Virus record (IMG/VR): IMGVR_UViG_3300045988_119030
Location: 1 to 21,410 of that record
Reading direction: 5' to 3' (one strand)
DNA: 21,410 bases
Origin: a virus
A program made the translations under genes and the position numbers. The notes beneath the pieces were generated by a model, which did not search any database, was not told the DNA's origin, and saw nothing but the letters and a program-made list of their open reading frames with translations. Each line of letters opens with the position of its first letter. Position 1 is the first letter of the stretch. Shown here piece after piece: positions 21,334 to 21,410 of the stretch.

Positions 21334-21410
21334 ATGAAGATTGATAGAGTAAAAATTCCTAAATCCAGTTTCTTATCTATGGAAAAGGATTTAGAAATTG
21401 TTGTAAATCA
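21334..21410 (+). CDS. 5' end of the next structural gene (MKIDRVKIPKSSFLSMEKDLEIVVN…). Runs off the window.
   Basis: RBS AAGGAGAAAAAGG-N5-ATG. Confidence 0.4.
   Translation, partial: MKIDRVKIPKSSFLSMEKDLEIVVN

Noticed and set aside
1-21410. Search for tRNA, CRISPR repeats, integrase or transposase signatures
   Set aside because: No cloverleaf or T-arm consensus found by eye. No regularly spaced direct repeats with unique spacers. No recombinase-sized ORF. Nothing to report.

Overview
This window reads as a segment of a tailed-phage genome, probably infecting a low-GC Gram-positive host. The host call rests on near-consensus sigma-A type promoters (TTGACA-N16/17-TATAAT, often with an extended TGn -10), GGAGG-type ribosome binding sites and intrinsic terminators. 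It has two oppositely oriented modules that differ sharply in composition and, apparently, in genetic code.

(1) Positions ~1-8640 hold a leftward (minus-strand) early, host-takeover-like module. It carries about 22 small genes (34-160 aa; several membrane or secreted peptides, none recognisable by eye). They are punctuated by at least 15 near-consensus promoters and many rho-independent terminators, and all use TAA or TGA stops. GC looks mid-40s % by eye down to ~8000. The last two leftward genes (8026-8638) are already AT-rich.

(2) Positions ~8985-21410 hold a rightward (plus-strand) DNA-packaging and morphogenesis module. By eye it is low-30s % GC, rising slightly in the capsid genes. It runs: zinc-ribbon protein, a putative small terminase, large terminase, a Vsr/DUF559-like endonuclease, a putative portal, a protease-or-scaffold protein, an unknown, the major capsid protein, then connector and tail genes. 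In this module many genes are single long reading frames interrupted only by in-frame TAG codons (about 8 in terL, about 10 in the portal, 9 in the small-terminase-like gene including a tandem TAG-TAG). Every genuine stop there is TAA. This is the signature of amber (TAG) stop-codon reassignment, most likely to Gln: one TAG in terL sits exactly at the conserved Gln of the ATPase Q-motif (Y-Q-R upstream of Walker A).

The early module appears to avoid TAG entirely, as stop or as sense, and the most highly expressed late genes (scaffold part, major capsid) are TAG-free.

Between and within the modules lie dense regulatory DNA: terminator hairpins whose loop or stem carries the -35 box of the next promoter, promoter-GC-hairpin-promoter tandems, TGCACAAAA palindromes, and a cluster of ATGAATA iterons.

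No tRNA, CRISPR array, integrase or transposase is visible in the window. All calls are from reading the sequence by eye; nothing was searched against databases.
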